In this document: positions 8,976 through 18,307 of the stretch, in pieces
Layout: each line of letters opens with the position of its first letter
Position numbering within the stretch: position 1 is the first letter of the stretch
NCBI GenBank assembly: GCA_934149325.1
Contig: CAKPEJ010000004.1
Location: 1 to 62,311 of the forward strand
From: an uncultured Bacilli bacterium
Lineage (GTDB): Bacteria; Bacillota_I; Bacilli_A; RF39; UBA660
Direction of reading: 5' to 3'
DNA length: 62,311 nucleotides
Notes under the pieces: generated by a model
Databases searched by the model: none
What the model was told of the DNA's origin: nothing
Seen by the model: only the letters and a program-made list of their open reading frames with translations
Translations under genes and position numbers: made by a program

Positions 8976-10883
8976 ATGGAAATAGAAAACAGAAAATCAA
9001 CATTTATAAGGGATTTAATAGTAAAAGTATTATTAATAGTTTTATTTATATTTTTACTTATGTTTTTATTCCCAATGCCAAATTTAACAACATTTTATGA
9101 TGCAATATTTAATAATAATGTTCAAGCAATGAAAAATGCTGCAGAAAAATGGTATACAACAGATAGAATGCCAAAAGAAGATGGAGATATTGAAAAGTTA
9201 ACATTACAAGAAATGTTAGACAAAAAATTAATATTACCTTTTGTAGATAAAGATGGTAATACTTGTGATACGGATTCATCATATGTATCTGTTACAAAAG
9301 ATGGAGAAGAATACATACTAAAAGTATCTTTAACATGTGGTAGTCAAACAGATTATATTATAGAACATATTGGATGTTATAACTTCTGTAAAGACAATTC
9401 TTGTGTTCAACAAGTAGAAGTAGCAACAGATGATAAAGGTGAAGTAAAAATTAAAGTACCACAAACAACAGTACCAACAAATAATAAATACGCTATGGAA
9501 TATGAGTATAGAAGAACACATGGTAGTGAAAAATGGACATTAGGCGATTGGAGAAATTCTAAATTAGAAGAAAATAGTAATACTAAATTAGTAGACACTC
9601 GAACACAATATACTGGTCAAAAGAAAGTAACTTCAGGAACTACTTTATATAAACATGTTAAATATGAATATAAAGATAAATGGTCTTATGATACTAATTG
9701 GACTGAAGAAGTAAAACAAACTAATGAAAATTTAAAATTATATGCTGAAAGAACATTATATACTGGTAAAAAGAAAACTGTAGAAACAGTTAATAAATAT
9801 AAACATATTAAATATGGTATTAAAGATAATTGGACAGTTATTGATTGGTCAAATCAACAAAGAACAACTAATTCTACAACAGTTTTAACAGGAACTCGTT
9901 ATTTAGTTAGAAAAACAGTTAAAACAGATACTACTAAAGGTACATGGAGTGATTGGAAAAAAGATTCAACATGGCGTAGTTCAAGACCATCAAATACTTC
10001 AAATAAACAATGGGGAAATTCTTATAATAGTAAAACAGTAGTTAATTCTACATCTACTAATTGGGTATTAGTTGATAGTTCATATGCATCAAGAAGTCCA
10101 TTAGGTTCTTATTCAAGTGATGGTAATTATAAATATGTATTTAATAATTCAGCTTATGTATCATGTACATCAGCTTGTAATGGTCAATCAGAAGTAAAAG
10201 TTTATTATTATACTCGTTATAAAAAACAAGTTATAGAAAATAAATCAACTTTATACCAATATTTGTATAGAACATATTCTGAATCAACTTCATCATCAAC
10301 AAAAACAGATGAAAAATATGTTGATAATGCTACTCCATATGTAAAAGATGGTTATACAGTTATAAGAACTGAATATAAATATAAAGTAAATCATCCAGAA
10401 CAAATCATAGAAGATGTTACATGGACAGAATCAGTAACACCACCAGCAGGATATACTTATACTGGTCAATCAACAACAGTTACAGTAACAAGATATACTT
10501 CAATTGGTAAATGGGTTACAAATAGAAATAAATTAGGTGAATATACAAATAATATTGTTACAAGAAAACAATATAAATACAGATATAATAGTCCTGAAAG
10601 ATATATATCTGATACTATATGGACTACATCAATAACACCACCAGCAGGATATACTTATACTGGTGAAAGTAAAACAAATACTAAAACTTCATATGCTGAT
10701 TTAGGTAAATGGGTTAATAGTAAATCTGAACTTGGTGAATATACTTATAATATTGAAAAAAGAACTCAATATAGATATAAGACAAGAACTACAAGTTCAT
10801 ATACTGAAACTAAATGGTTTAGTAAAGATCCAGGTGGAGATTGGGTAGCAACAGGAAATAGTAGAAGAATATTAGTAAAATAA
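8976..10883 (+). CDS. Membrane-anchored repeat protein (W/Y/T-rich beta-type repeats), function unknown
   Basis: N-terminal TM. Tandem repeats of about 55 aa (YTGxKK...YKH[VI]KY..KD.W) and about 66 aa (W T.S[VI]TPPAGYTYTG...LGKWV...LGEYT...QY[KR]Y). RBS is AGAGGGGG. Confidence 0.7.
   Translation: MEIENRKSTFIRDLIVKVLLIVLFIFLLMFLFPMPNLTTFYDAIFNNNVQAMKNAAEKWYTTDRMPKEDGDIEKLTLQEMLDKKLILPFVDKDGNTCDTDSSYVSVTKDGEEYILKVSLTCGSQTDYIIEHIGCYNFCKDNSCVQQVEVATDDKGEVKIKVPQTTVPTNNKYAMEYEYRRTHGSEKWTLGDWRNSKLEENSNTKLVDTRTQYTGQKKVTSGTTLYKHVKYEYKDKWSYDTNWTEEVKQTNENLKLYAERTLYTGKKKTVETVNKYKHIKYGIKDNWTVIDWSNQQRTTNSTTVLTGTRYLVRKTVKTDTTKGTWSDWKKDSTWRSSRPSNTSNKQWGNSYNSKTVVNSTSTNWVLVDSSYASRSPLGSYSSDGNYKYVFNNSAYVSCTSACNGQSEVKVYYYTRYKKQVIENKSTLYQYLYRTYSESTSSSTKTDEKYVDNATPYVKDGYTVIRTEYKYKVNHPEQIIEDVTWTESVTPPAGYTYTGQSTTVTVTRYTSIGKWVTNRNKLGEYTNNIVTRKQYKYRYNSPERYISDTIWTTSITPPAGYTYTGESKTNTKTSYADLGKWVNSKSELGEYTYNIEKRTQYRYKTRTTSSYTETKWFSKDPGGDWVATGNSRRILVK
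10435..10664 (+). repeat. In-frame tandem coding repeat inside the 8976 gene (198-nt period)
   Basis: The 32-nt string TAACACCACCAGCAGGATATACTTATACTGGT is identical at 10435-10466 and 10633-10664. Confidence 0.9.
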
Positions 10884-10912
10884 AAGATAAGCGTTAAAGT
10901 TTATCTTTTTTT
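10883..10912 (+). terminator. Rho-independent terminator
   Basis: AAAGATAA / TTATCTTT stem plus a T-run. Confidence 0.6.
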
Positions 10913-10942
10913 ATGTTAAAATTAAATAAAAGGAGGTATTTT

Positions 10943-13102
10943 ATGATAATAAGTGTATTAGTTGAAATTAATATAAATAAAAAAGAAAAGACATTTGATT
11001 ATAATGTGCCTCTTTCAATGCAAAAATTTATAAAAAAAGGGATAAGAGTAACTGTACCCTTTGGTAAACAAGTTTTAGAAGGATTTGTAACAGATATAAA
11101 AAATAAAAGTGATTATGAACTTAAAGATATAATAAATATAGTTGATAAAGAAAGTATTTTAAATGATGAGTTATTATCTCTTGGAAAAATTATATCAAAT
11201 GAAAATGTATGTAACCTTATAAGCGTTTATCAGTCAATGCTTCCAAAAGCATTTAAGGCATCACAAAAAACTAATATTAATGTTAAAAAAAATGCATATA
11301 TTTCTTTAATAAATGAAAAAATTGCTAAAGAATTTATTATAAATTCAAAAGCAAAAAAACAGGTAGAAGTAGTAAATAATTTAATAAAAAACAAAGAAGA
11401 ATTAAAAAATAAATACTCTAACTCTATTATTAAATCATTAATAGAAAAAAATATTATTAAAGTAACGTATAAAGAATATTATAGATTAGATAATTCATGT
11501 GAAATAGAAGCATTTAAAACCTTAAATGATGAACAAAAAAGATGTGTAGATGAAATAAAAAATAGTAAAAAAGATGTTATTTTACTTAATGGTGTTACTG
11601 GATCTGGTAAAACAGAAATATATATTAATTTAATAAATGAACAAATAAAAAAAGGTAAAGAAGTAATTATGCTTGTACCTGAAATAAGTTTAACACCTCA
11701 AATTATAACAAGATTTAAAAGAAATTTTGGAGATAAAATAGCAATATTACATAGTGGACTTTCTAATGGTGAAAAGTATGATGAATATAGAAAGATATTA
11801 AGGAAAGAAGTATCTATAGTAATTGGGGCTAGAAGTGCGATATTTGCGCCATTTACAAATATAGGTTTAATTGTTATTGATGAAGAACACTCTAGTACAT
11901 ATAAACAAGATCATAATCCAAGATATAATGCAATTGATGTAGCAATTATAAGAGGTAAAAATCATAATGCTAAAGTGATTTTAGGAAGTGCAACACCTAA
12001 AATAGAAACATATGCAAGAAGTAAAAAAGGTTATTATGAACTTGTAAAATTAAATAAAAGAGCAAATAATGCGTCAATGCCATTTGTAACTATTGTTGAT
12101 ATGCAAAAAGAAATAAAAAAAGGTAATAGTATATTTTCAAATGATTTGTTACTTGCTATAGAAGATAGATTAAATAAAAAGGAACAAATAATTTTATTTA
12201 TAAATAAAAGAGGCTATTCTAGTTATTTAATGTGTAAATGTTGTGGAGAAGTATTTAAATGTCCAAATTGTGATATTACATTAACTTATCATAAAACAAG
12301 TGATATGAATAGATGTCATTATTGTGGATATGCAGATAAAAGAAAGGATATTTGTCCAAATTGTGGTAGTGATGAGATAAAATCATATGGTCTTGGTACT
12401 GAAAAAGTAGAAGAGGAGATAAAGAGTATATTTAATGGTGTCAGAACTATTAGAATGGATATTGATACAACAACAAAAAAGGGATCTCATGAAAAAATAA
12501 TAAATTCATTTTCAAATCATGAAGCAGATATATTAATAGGAACTCAAATGGTTTCAAAAGGATTAGATTTCCCTTTAGTAACTTTAGTAGGTGTAATAAA
12601 TGCTGATACAACTCTTAATTTACCTGATTTTAGAGCAAATGAAAAAACTTATCAACTTATAAGCCAAGTATCAGGAAGAGCAGGTAGATCAAAGACTCCT
12701 GGAAAAGTAATAATTCAGACATATAATCCTGATAATTATAGTATAGTAAATGCTAAAAATCATGATTATGAAAGTTTTTATAATGAAGAAATAAAAATAA
12801 GAAAAAAACTTAGTTATCCACCATATTTCTTTATATCACTTATAAAAGTTGGTGGTAAAGACTTCAAAGAAACAATAAATGAAAGTAATAAAATAAGTAA
12901 TTATTTAAAAAGTAAGAAAAAAGATTATATGATTATTTTAGGACCATCTGTTGGAAGCGTATCAAAAGTTAATAACATATATTATTTTGAAATTATGATT
13001 AAATATAGAGATAAAGAATATATGAAAAAATTACTTAATAGTGTTTATTATTTAGAAGAAAATAATAACAAAATAAAAGTTGATATAGATGTAAATATGT
13101 AA
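10943..13102 (+). CDS. priA: Primosomal protein N' (replication restart helicase PriA)
   Basis: Walker A GVTGSGKTE, DEEH box VIDEEHSS, a Cys-rich zinc region CKCCGEVFKCPNCDITLTYH...CHYCGY...CPNCGS, and QVSGRAGR. The ATG at 10943 follows AGGAGG. Confidence 0.93.
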   Translation: MIISVLVEININKKEKTFDYNVPLSMQKFIKKGIRVTVPFGKQVLEGFVTDIKNKSDYELKDIINIVDKESILNDELLSLGKIISNENVCNLISVYQSMLPKAFKASQKTNINVKKNAYISLINEKIAKEFIINSKAKKQVEVVNNLIKNKEELKNKYSNSIIKSLIEKNIIKVTYKEYYRLDNSCEIEAFKTLNDEQKRCVDEIKNSKKDVILLNGVTGSGKTEIYINLINEQIKKGKEVIMLVPEISLTPQIITRFKRNFGDKIAILHSGLSNGEKYDEYRKILRKEVSIVIGARSAIFAPFTNIGLIVIDEEHSSTYKQDHNPRYNAIDVAIIRGKNHNAKVILGSATPKIETYARSKKGYYELVKLNKRANNASMPFVTIVDMQKEIKKGNSIFSNDLLLAIEDRLNKKEQIILFINKRGYSSYLMCKCCGEVFKCPNCDITLTYHKTSDMNRCHYCGYADKRKDICPNCGSDEIKSYGLGTEKVEEEIKSIFNGVRTIRMDIDTTTKKGSHEKIINSFSNHEADILIGTQMVSKGLDFPLVTLVGVINADTTLNLPDFRANEKTYQLISQVSGRAGRSKTPGKVIIQTYNPDNYSIVNAKNHDYESFYNEEIKIRKKLSYPPYFFISLIKVGGKDFKETINESNKISNYLKSKKKDYMIILGPSVGSVSKVNNIYYFEIMIKYRDKEYMKKLLNSVYYLEENNNKIKVDIDVNM

Positions 13103-13113
13103 AGAGGTTGAAT

Positions 13114-14244
13114 ATGAATCAAAGAAAATTTAATAAAATTATGAAATTTAATTATTGTAATAATATGGTTAGTCAAAATGATATTGATTATTTGTATGAA
13201 ATTGAAAGAAAAAGTATTTTTAAAAACAATAACATATCTAATTTGTTAGAGAAAAATTTTCATGAATTTATTTCTCATAGAGCAAAGGGATATTTAGATT
13301 TGATTATTAAAAGAATGTTAGAGGATGAAAATTTAAAAAATATTGTTGAAAATAATTTTATTTATATTCTTAGTGAATCAAATGAGTTAGAAATAAAATA
13401 TATATTAAATTTAGAATATGAATTTGATTTTATGAAAAAAATTAATGATAATTTTGATTATTTCTTAAATAATTTTAATATGAAAAAATTATTTATATTG
13501 AATGAAAATAATTTGCTGAATAATGAAAATAAGGAAAAATTAAATAATTTATTTCAAAAAAATGAAGATGAGTTTTTAAAAGTACTATTTTTTAGATTAG
13601 ATGAAGTAGAACTTGATAAAGTTTTGGATATATTAAAAATGTTAATAAATGAATTAGGCTATAAAGAAAACATAAGATTAGTAGACATAAAAAGGTTACA
13701 GCCAGGTAATTTTTCAGAGGTAATTGAGATAGGAAGTAAAGTATTAAAATTAGGTAAGAAAAGACAAACACATAATATACCAAATAGTAAGTATATATTA
13801 AATCCAATTATAAGAAGAGATTTAAGTAATATTTCAAATTCCAATATGGTTTTAGAAGTCTCTGAAAAAGCAGATATAAATGTAAAATTAAATAAGGAAC
13901 AATTATATAATTTTTATAAAAAATTAAGGTCTGAAGGAATAATTTATGCAGATATAAAACCTGAAAATATTGGAATTTTACTTAAGGATAATATAGTACA
14001 TTATAATGGTGTATCGCTTGATTATAAAAATAAAGGATTTGATAAGGATATAGATGATGTATTAAAAAAAGGTGAGTATGTAATAATTGATACAGATTTT
14101 TTATATAATGAAAGTGATAAAAACATTAAATGGGGAAATGTATTATCTAGTGAATTTGAAAGAAGATACAAAGAGGAAATTAATAAAGAACAAGAAAATT
14201 TAGATAGTATTTTAGAAGAAAAAAGTAGTAATTATAAAATTTAA
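13114..14244 (+). CDS. Hypothetical protein with a C-terminal protein-kinase-like domain
   Basis: PGNFSEV, VLKLGKK, IYADIKPENIG and IIDTDF occur in the order and spacing of the kinase Gly-loop, VAIK, HRD and DFG motifs. The N-terminal half (about 190 aa) is unassigned. Confidence 0.5.
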   Translation: MNQRKFNKIMKFNYCNNMVSQNDIDYLYEIERKSIFKNNNISNLLEKNFHEFISHRAKGYLDLIIKRMLEDENLKNIVENNFIYILSESNELEIKYILNLEYEFDFMKKINDNFDYFLNNFNMKKLFILNENNLLNNENKEKLNNLFQKNEDEFLKVLFFRLDEVELDKVLDILKMLINELGYKENIRLVDIKRLQPGNFSEVIEIGSKVLKLGKKRQTHNIPNSKYILNPIIRRDLSNISNSNMVLEVSEKADINVKLNKEQLYNFYKKLRSEGIIYADIKPENIGILLKDNIVHYNGVSLDYKNKGFDKDIDDVLKKGEYVIIDTDFLYNESDKNIKWGNVLSSEFERRYKEEINKEQENLDSILEEKSSNYKI

Positions 14245-14329
14245 TCTAATATATTATAATATTATAGAAAGTGTTGTTTAAATATATTAAATTTATATAT
14301 TTTTTGCTTATTTTATTTAAAAAATAATG

Positions 14330-14358
14330 TTTACACTTTATTTATGGTATGTTATAAT
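14330..14358 (+). promoter_or_regulatory. Sigma-A-type promoter of the rpsB-tsf operon
   Basis: TTTACA (14330-14335), 17-nt spacer, TGtTATAAT (14350-14358). A leader of about 100 nt precedes the rpsB ATG. Confidence 0.6.
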
Positions 14359-14467
14359 AATTTTGGCTTTGAAAAAACACAAATATTGATTTACAAACCA
14401 AGTGCCTATATTAGGGTGGGGAGTAAAAAAGAGATATTTGGAAGAAAAACAAAAGGAGGAGAAGAAA

Positions 14468-15427
14468 ATGGCAGTAGTTTCAATGAGCTATTTATTAGAA
14501 GCTGGTGTTCACTTTGGTCATCAGACTAAAAGATGGAACCCAAAAATGAAGGAATATATTTTTACTTCAAGAGATGATATTTATATCATAGATTTACAAA
14601 AAACAGTTAAAAAAATTGAAGAAGCATATGCAGCTTTAAAAGAAATCGCAGAAAATGGTGGTAAAGTTATTTTTGTTGGTACAAAAAAACAAGCACAAGA
14701 AGCTTCAGTAGAAGAAGCAACAAGATCAGAAAGTTTCTATGTAACTGAAAGATGGTTAGGTGGAACATTAACTAATTTTAGAACAATAAAAAGAAGAATT
14801 AATCGTTTAGAACAAATCGAAAAAATGGAAGCAAATGGTACATTTGATGTATTACCTAAAAAAGAAGTAATTAAAATCAAAAAAGAATATGATAAATTAA
14901 ATGCTAATTTATGTGGTATAAGAAATATGAAAAAATTACCAGATGCTATGATTATTGTTGATCCTAAAAAGGAATATAATGCAATTAGAGAAGCACATAA
15001 ACTTGGTATACCAGTATTTGGTATTATTGATACAAACTGTGATCCAGATTTAGTTGATTATGTAATTCCTGGTAATGATGATGCAGTTAGAGCTGTTAAA
15101 GTTATTTTAGGAGTACTTGCAAATGCAATAAATGAAGCGCAAGGTAGAGAATTAGTAGATTTTGTTACTGAAGAAGATAAAGTAAAAACTGTTAAAAAAG
15201 AATCTAAAAAAGAAGAAGAAAAGAAAGAAACTAAAGAAGTAAAAGAAGAAAAAGTTAAAAAAGAAGAACCTAAAAAGTCTGAAACTGTTTCAAATGTCAA
15301 AGCCGATGATAAAGAAGATTTATCAAAGAAAACAGTTGTTGAACTTAAAGAAATGGCTAAACAAAAGTCAATTGAAGGTTATAGTAAAATGAAAAAAAGT
15401 GAGCTTTTAGAAGCTTTAAATAAATAA
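14468..15427 (+). CDS. rpsB: 30S ribosomal protein S2 with a K/E-rich linker and a Rho_N/HeH-like C-terminal extension
   Basis: [27 protein letters not shown] is the canonical S2 N-terminus, and the ATG at 14468 follows AAAGGAGGAG. The tail ...[35 protein letters not shown] is additional. Confidence 0.95.
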   Translation: MAVVSMSYLLEAGVHFGHQTKRWNPKMKEYIFTSRDDIYIIDLQKTVKKIEEAYAALKEIAENGGKVIFVGTKKQAQEASVEEATRSESFYVTERWLGGTLTNFRTIKRRINRLEQIEKMEANGTFDVLPKKEVIKIKKEYDKLNANLCGIRNMKKLPDAMIIVDPKKEYNAIREAHKLGIPVFGIIDTNCDPDLVDYVIPGNDDAVRAVKVILGVLANAINEAQGRELVDFVTEEDKVKTVKKESKKEEEKKETKEVKEEKVKKEEPKKSETVSNVKADDKEDLSKKTVVELKEMAKQKSIEGYSKMKKSELLEALNK

Positions 15428-15450
15428 GAATCTAAAAGGAGAATATATTT

Positions 15451-16326
15451 ATGGATGCAAAATTAATTAAACAATTAAAAGATATGTCTAATGCTGGTCT
15501 TATGGATTGTAAAAAAGCATTAGAAGCAACAAATGGAGATATTGATGAAGCAATCAAATATCTTCGTGAAAAAGGTATAAGTAAAGCAGCTAAGAAAGCT
15601 GATAGAGTTGCAGTAGAAGGTTTATCAAATATTATTGTTGATGGAAATAATGCTGTAATTTATGAAGTAAATTGTGAAACAGATTTTGTTTCAGCAAATG
15701 AAAAATTTAAAGCTTTAGTAGATGTAATTGGAAAAACTTTAATTAATGGTAATGCAACTACATTAGAAGAAGCATTATCATTACCTACAGAAGATGGTAC
15801 ATTAAACGATACAATCATTAATGTAACAGCAACTATGGGAGAAAAAATTAGTCTTAGAAGATTTACTAAATTAACTAAAACAGATTCACAAAACTTTGGT
15901 GATTATATCCATATGGGTGGAAAAATTGCTGTATTAACAGTTATTGAAGGAGCAAATCAAGAAGTAGCAAAAGATGTAGCAATGCATTCAGCAGCTATGA
16001 GACCTCAATACGTTAAATCAAGTGATGTTCCAACAGAAGCTTTAGAAGAAGAAATGAAAATAATTAAAGAACAATTATTAAATGAAGGAAAACCTGAAAA
16101 AATAATTGAAGAAAGAATTATGCCTGGTAAAGTAGAAGCATATTATAGTGAAGTTTGCTTAGAAAACCAAGTATTCGTTAAAGCAGAAAATGGAGAAACA
16201 GTAGCTAAATTCGTTGAAAATAATGGTGGAGAAATTATCTCTATGATTAGATATGAAGTTGGTGAAGGTATGGAAAAGAAAGAAGAAAACTTCGTTGAAG
16301 AAGTAATGAATCAAATTAAAGGTTAA
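15451..16326 (+). CDS. tsf: Elongation factor Ts
   Basis: UBA-like N-terminus LIKQLKDMSNAGLMDCKKALEATNGDIDEAIKYLREKG, followed by the EF-Ts core. Confidence 0.95.
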   Translation: MDAKLIKQLKDMSNAGLMDCKKALEATNGDIDEAIKYLREKGISKAAKKADRVAVEGLSNIIVDGNNAVIYEVNCETDFVSANEKFKALVDVIGKTLINGNATTLEEALSLPTEDGTLNDTIINVTATMGEKISLRRFTKLTKTDSQNFGDYIHMGGKIAVLTVIEGANQEVAKDVAMHSAAMRPQYVKSSDVPTEALEEEMKIIKEQLLNEGKPEKIIEERIMPGKVEAYYSEVCLENQVFVKAENGETVAKFVENNGGEIISMIRYEVGEGMEKKEENFVEEVMNQIKG

Positions 16327-16333
16327 TTTACAT

Positions 16334-16366
16334 AAAGAGGATTTAATCCTCTTTTATTTTTTTTTA
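16334..16366 (+). terminator. Rho-independent terminator after tsf
   Basis: AAAGAGGA / TCCTCTTT stem plus a long T-run. Confidence 0.75.
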
Positions 16367-16399
16367 TTTTTTGATAAAATATTTATAGGAAGTGTTAGT

Positions 16400-17056
16400 A
16401 TGAAAAAATATTTTAAATTTATAATATTATTTTTTATAATTTTATTTATAGTAATAGGATTAATGATTACAAATAAGTCAAAAGAAAATAAGAATAGTGA
16501 AAAAGTAAATTTTTCAAAGATGTATAAAGTTGATGAAAAAAATGTGTTTGAAAAAATAAATGCAAAAGATGCTATTGATTTAGTAAAAAATAGAACTGGT
16601 ATAATATATCTTGGATACAAAGATTGTCCATGGTGTCAAAATTTAGTTCCAGTATTAAATGAAGCAGCAAAAGAAAATAATGTAAATACAGTATATTATA
16701 TAGATGATTTTTATTATATGAGACCTGATAAGAATGATAATCCAAAGCATAAAAAAGAATATAATGAACTTGTTAAAATTCTTGGTGGAGATATAGTAGA
16801 AATGCATAATGATGAAAATGAGTTTGATATTATTAGAGTACCACTTGTATTATTTGTAAAAAATGGAAAGTTAGTTGATTATCATAAAGGTACATATGAA
16901 GGTCATGTATTAAAAGAAAAGATTGATAAGAATGGTAAAACAGTAAAATATTTAGAAGATTTAACTGAAAAACAAAAGAAAGAATTGAAAAAAGTATTAA
17001 CTAAAAAAATAAAAAAGGTATATGAAGGTCAGTGTACTGATAAAAATGGATGTTAA
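16400..17056 (+). CDS. Membrane-anchored thioredoxin-fold protein
   Basis: N-terminal TM followed by the CPWC active-site motif (GYKDCPWCQNL). Confidence 0.7.
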   Translation: MKKYFKFIILFFIILFIVIGLMITNKSKENKNSEKVNFSKMYKVDEKNVFEKINAKDAIDLVKNRTGIIYLGYKDCPWCQNLVPVLNEAAKENNVNTVYYIDDFYYMRPDKNDNPKHKKEYNELVKILGGDIVEMHNDENEFDIIRVPLVLFVKNGKLVDYHKGTYEGHVLKEKIDKNGKTVKYLEDLTEKQKKELKKVLTKKIKKVYEGQCTDKNGC

Positions 17057-17134
17057 AATAGTGTAAAAGTTTACTTGATAAGTAAACTTTTTTACTCTTT
17101 TTATGTTACTATTAAAATAGAAGAGGGTGTAAAT

Positions 17135-17656
17135 ATGAAAAATAAAAAAATGTATCTAGGAGTTTTAGCATTTATCGCTATTATTTGTGTAGTTTCATAT
17201 GTTATAGTTAATACTAATAATAATTCTAATACATACAGCATATCAACTATAAAAAATCTAAAAGAATCAGATATAAAAGCAAAATATGTTTTTACTAAAA
17301 ATATTACTGCAACTGATATCGAGGGAAATTTTGATACAAACTATGTAATTGAATTAGATTTATATAAAGGAAATATATTTCATGTAAAAACAAAAGCAGG
17401 TGAACAAGCAATTGATGAAAATTGTTATGGAACATATGAAATAAAAGATGATATTTTAACTATTAATAGAAAAACAACAGTTGATTTAGATAATAATTAT
17501 GAAGATATTAATAGTTCATCAAATTATAGTTTAAGTGATAGTTTTAAAATTTCAAATAATAAAAAAACATTAACGACAAAAGTTTATAATGGACTTGATT
17601 CAACATATACATCATCAAAATATTTTAATGATTCTGTAATTTTAGAAAAAAAGTAA
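17135..17656 (+). CDS. Membrane-anchored or secreted hypothetical protein
   Basis: MKNKKMYLGVLAFIAIICVV signal/anchor. The ATG at 17135 follows GAAGAGGG. Confidence 0.5.
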   Translation: MKNKKMYLGVLAFIAIICVVSYVIVNTNNNSNTYSISTIKNLKESDIKAKYVFTKNITATDIEGNFDTNYVIELDLYKGNIFHVKTKAGEQAIDENCYGTYEIKDDILTINRKTTVDLDNNYEDINSSSNYSLSDSFKISNNKKTLTTKVYNGLDSTYTSSKYFNDSVILEKK

Positions 17657-17752
17657 AAGTTATTACTTTTTTCTTTTTAATTAATTATTTAAAAATATAT
17701 TGAATAAAGTTAATTAATATAGTAAAATTACTATAGAAAAGAGGAATTTAAG

Positions 17753-18295
17753 ATGGATGAAATTTTATTAGAAACAGAAGAAAATATGGAAAAAGCAATA
17801 GAAAATTTAGAAAATAGATTTACAAAAGTACGTGCTGGAAGAGCAAATCCTGCTATTTTAGATGGTGTAAAAGTTGAATATTATGGTGCTCCAACACCAC
17901 TTAATCAATTAGCAAATATTTCAGTTCCAGAAGCTAGAAAACTTCAAATAAAAGCATTTGATAAAACTTGTTTACAAGATATTGAAAAAGCAATATATGA
18001 GGTTGACTTAGGTCTTACTCCAAATAATACAGGAGAGTTAATATTTATTACTATTCCTGAATTAACAGAAGATAGAAGAAAAGAATTAGTAAAACAAGTT
18101 AAAAAAATGGCTGAAGAAGGGAAAATTGCACTTAGAAATATTAGACAAGATGCTAATAATTCGTTAAAAAGATTAGAAATGAATGAAGACGAAGAAAAAA
18201 TTGCTATATCTGATGTTCAAGAATTAATTAATAAATATAATAAAATAGTTGATGAAAAATTAAAAGAAAAAGAAGAGGAGTTAATGACAATTTAA
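17753..18295 (+). CDS. frr: Ribosome recycling factor
   Basis: Typical RRF sequence (RAGRANPAILDGVKVEYYG...ISVPEARKL...LTEDRRKELVK). Confidence 0.95.
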   Translation: MDEILLETEENMEKAIENLENRFTKVRAGRANPAILDGVKVEYYGAPTPLNQLANISVPEARKLQIKAFDKTCLQDIEKAIYEVDLGLTPNNTGELIFITIPELTEDRRKELVKQVKKMAEEGKIALRNIRQDANNSLKRLEMNEDEEKIAISDVQELINKYNKIVDEKLKEKEEELMTI

Positions 18296-18307
18296 CTTTC
18301 TTTTTGT

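Noticed and set aside
8912-9100. 62-aa plus-strand ORF overlapping the start of the 8976 gene
   Set aside because: It starts inside the predicted -35 box and has no RBS. It is out of frame with the 635-aa gene, which has a strong RBS and a TM N-terminus.
10435-10664. Repeated 32-mers as a possible CRISPR or other non-coding array
   Set aside because: There are only two copies. They are in frame within a long ORF and encode the same peptide (TPPAGYTYTG), so this is a protein tandem repeat. No CRISPR-like array was seen anywhere in the window.
14344-14529. 61-aa ORF and the extended 14402 start upstream of rpsB
   Set aside because: The canonical S2 N-terminus begins at the ATG at 14468, behind AAAGGAGGAG. 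The upstream region is better explained as the rpsB leader.
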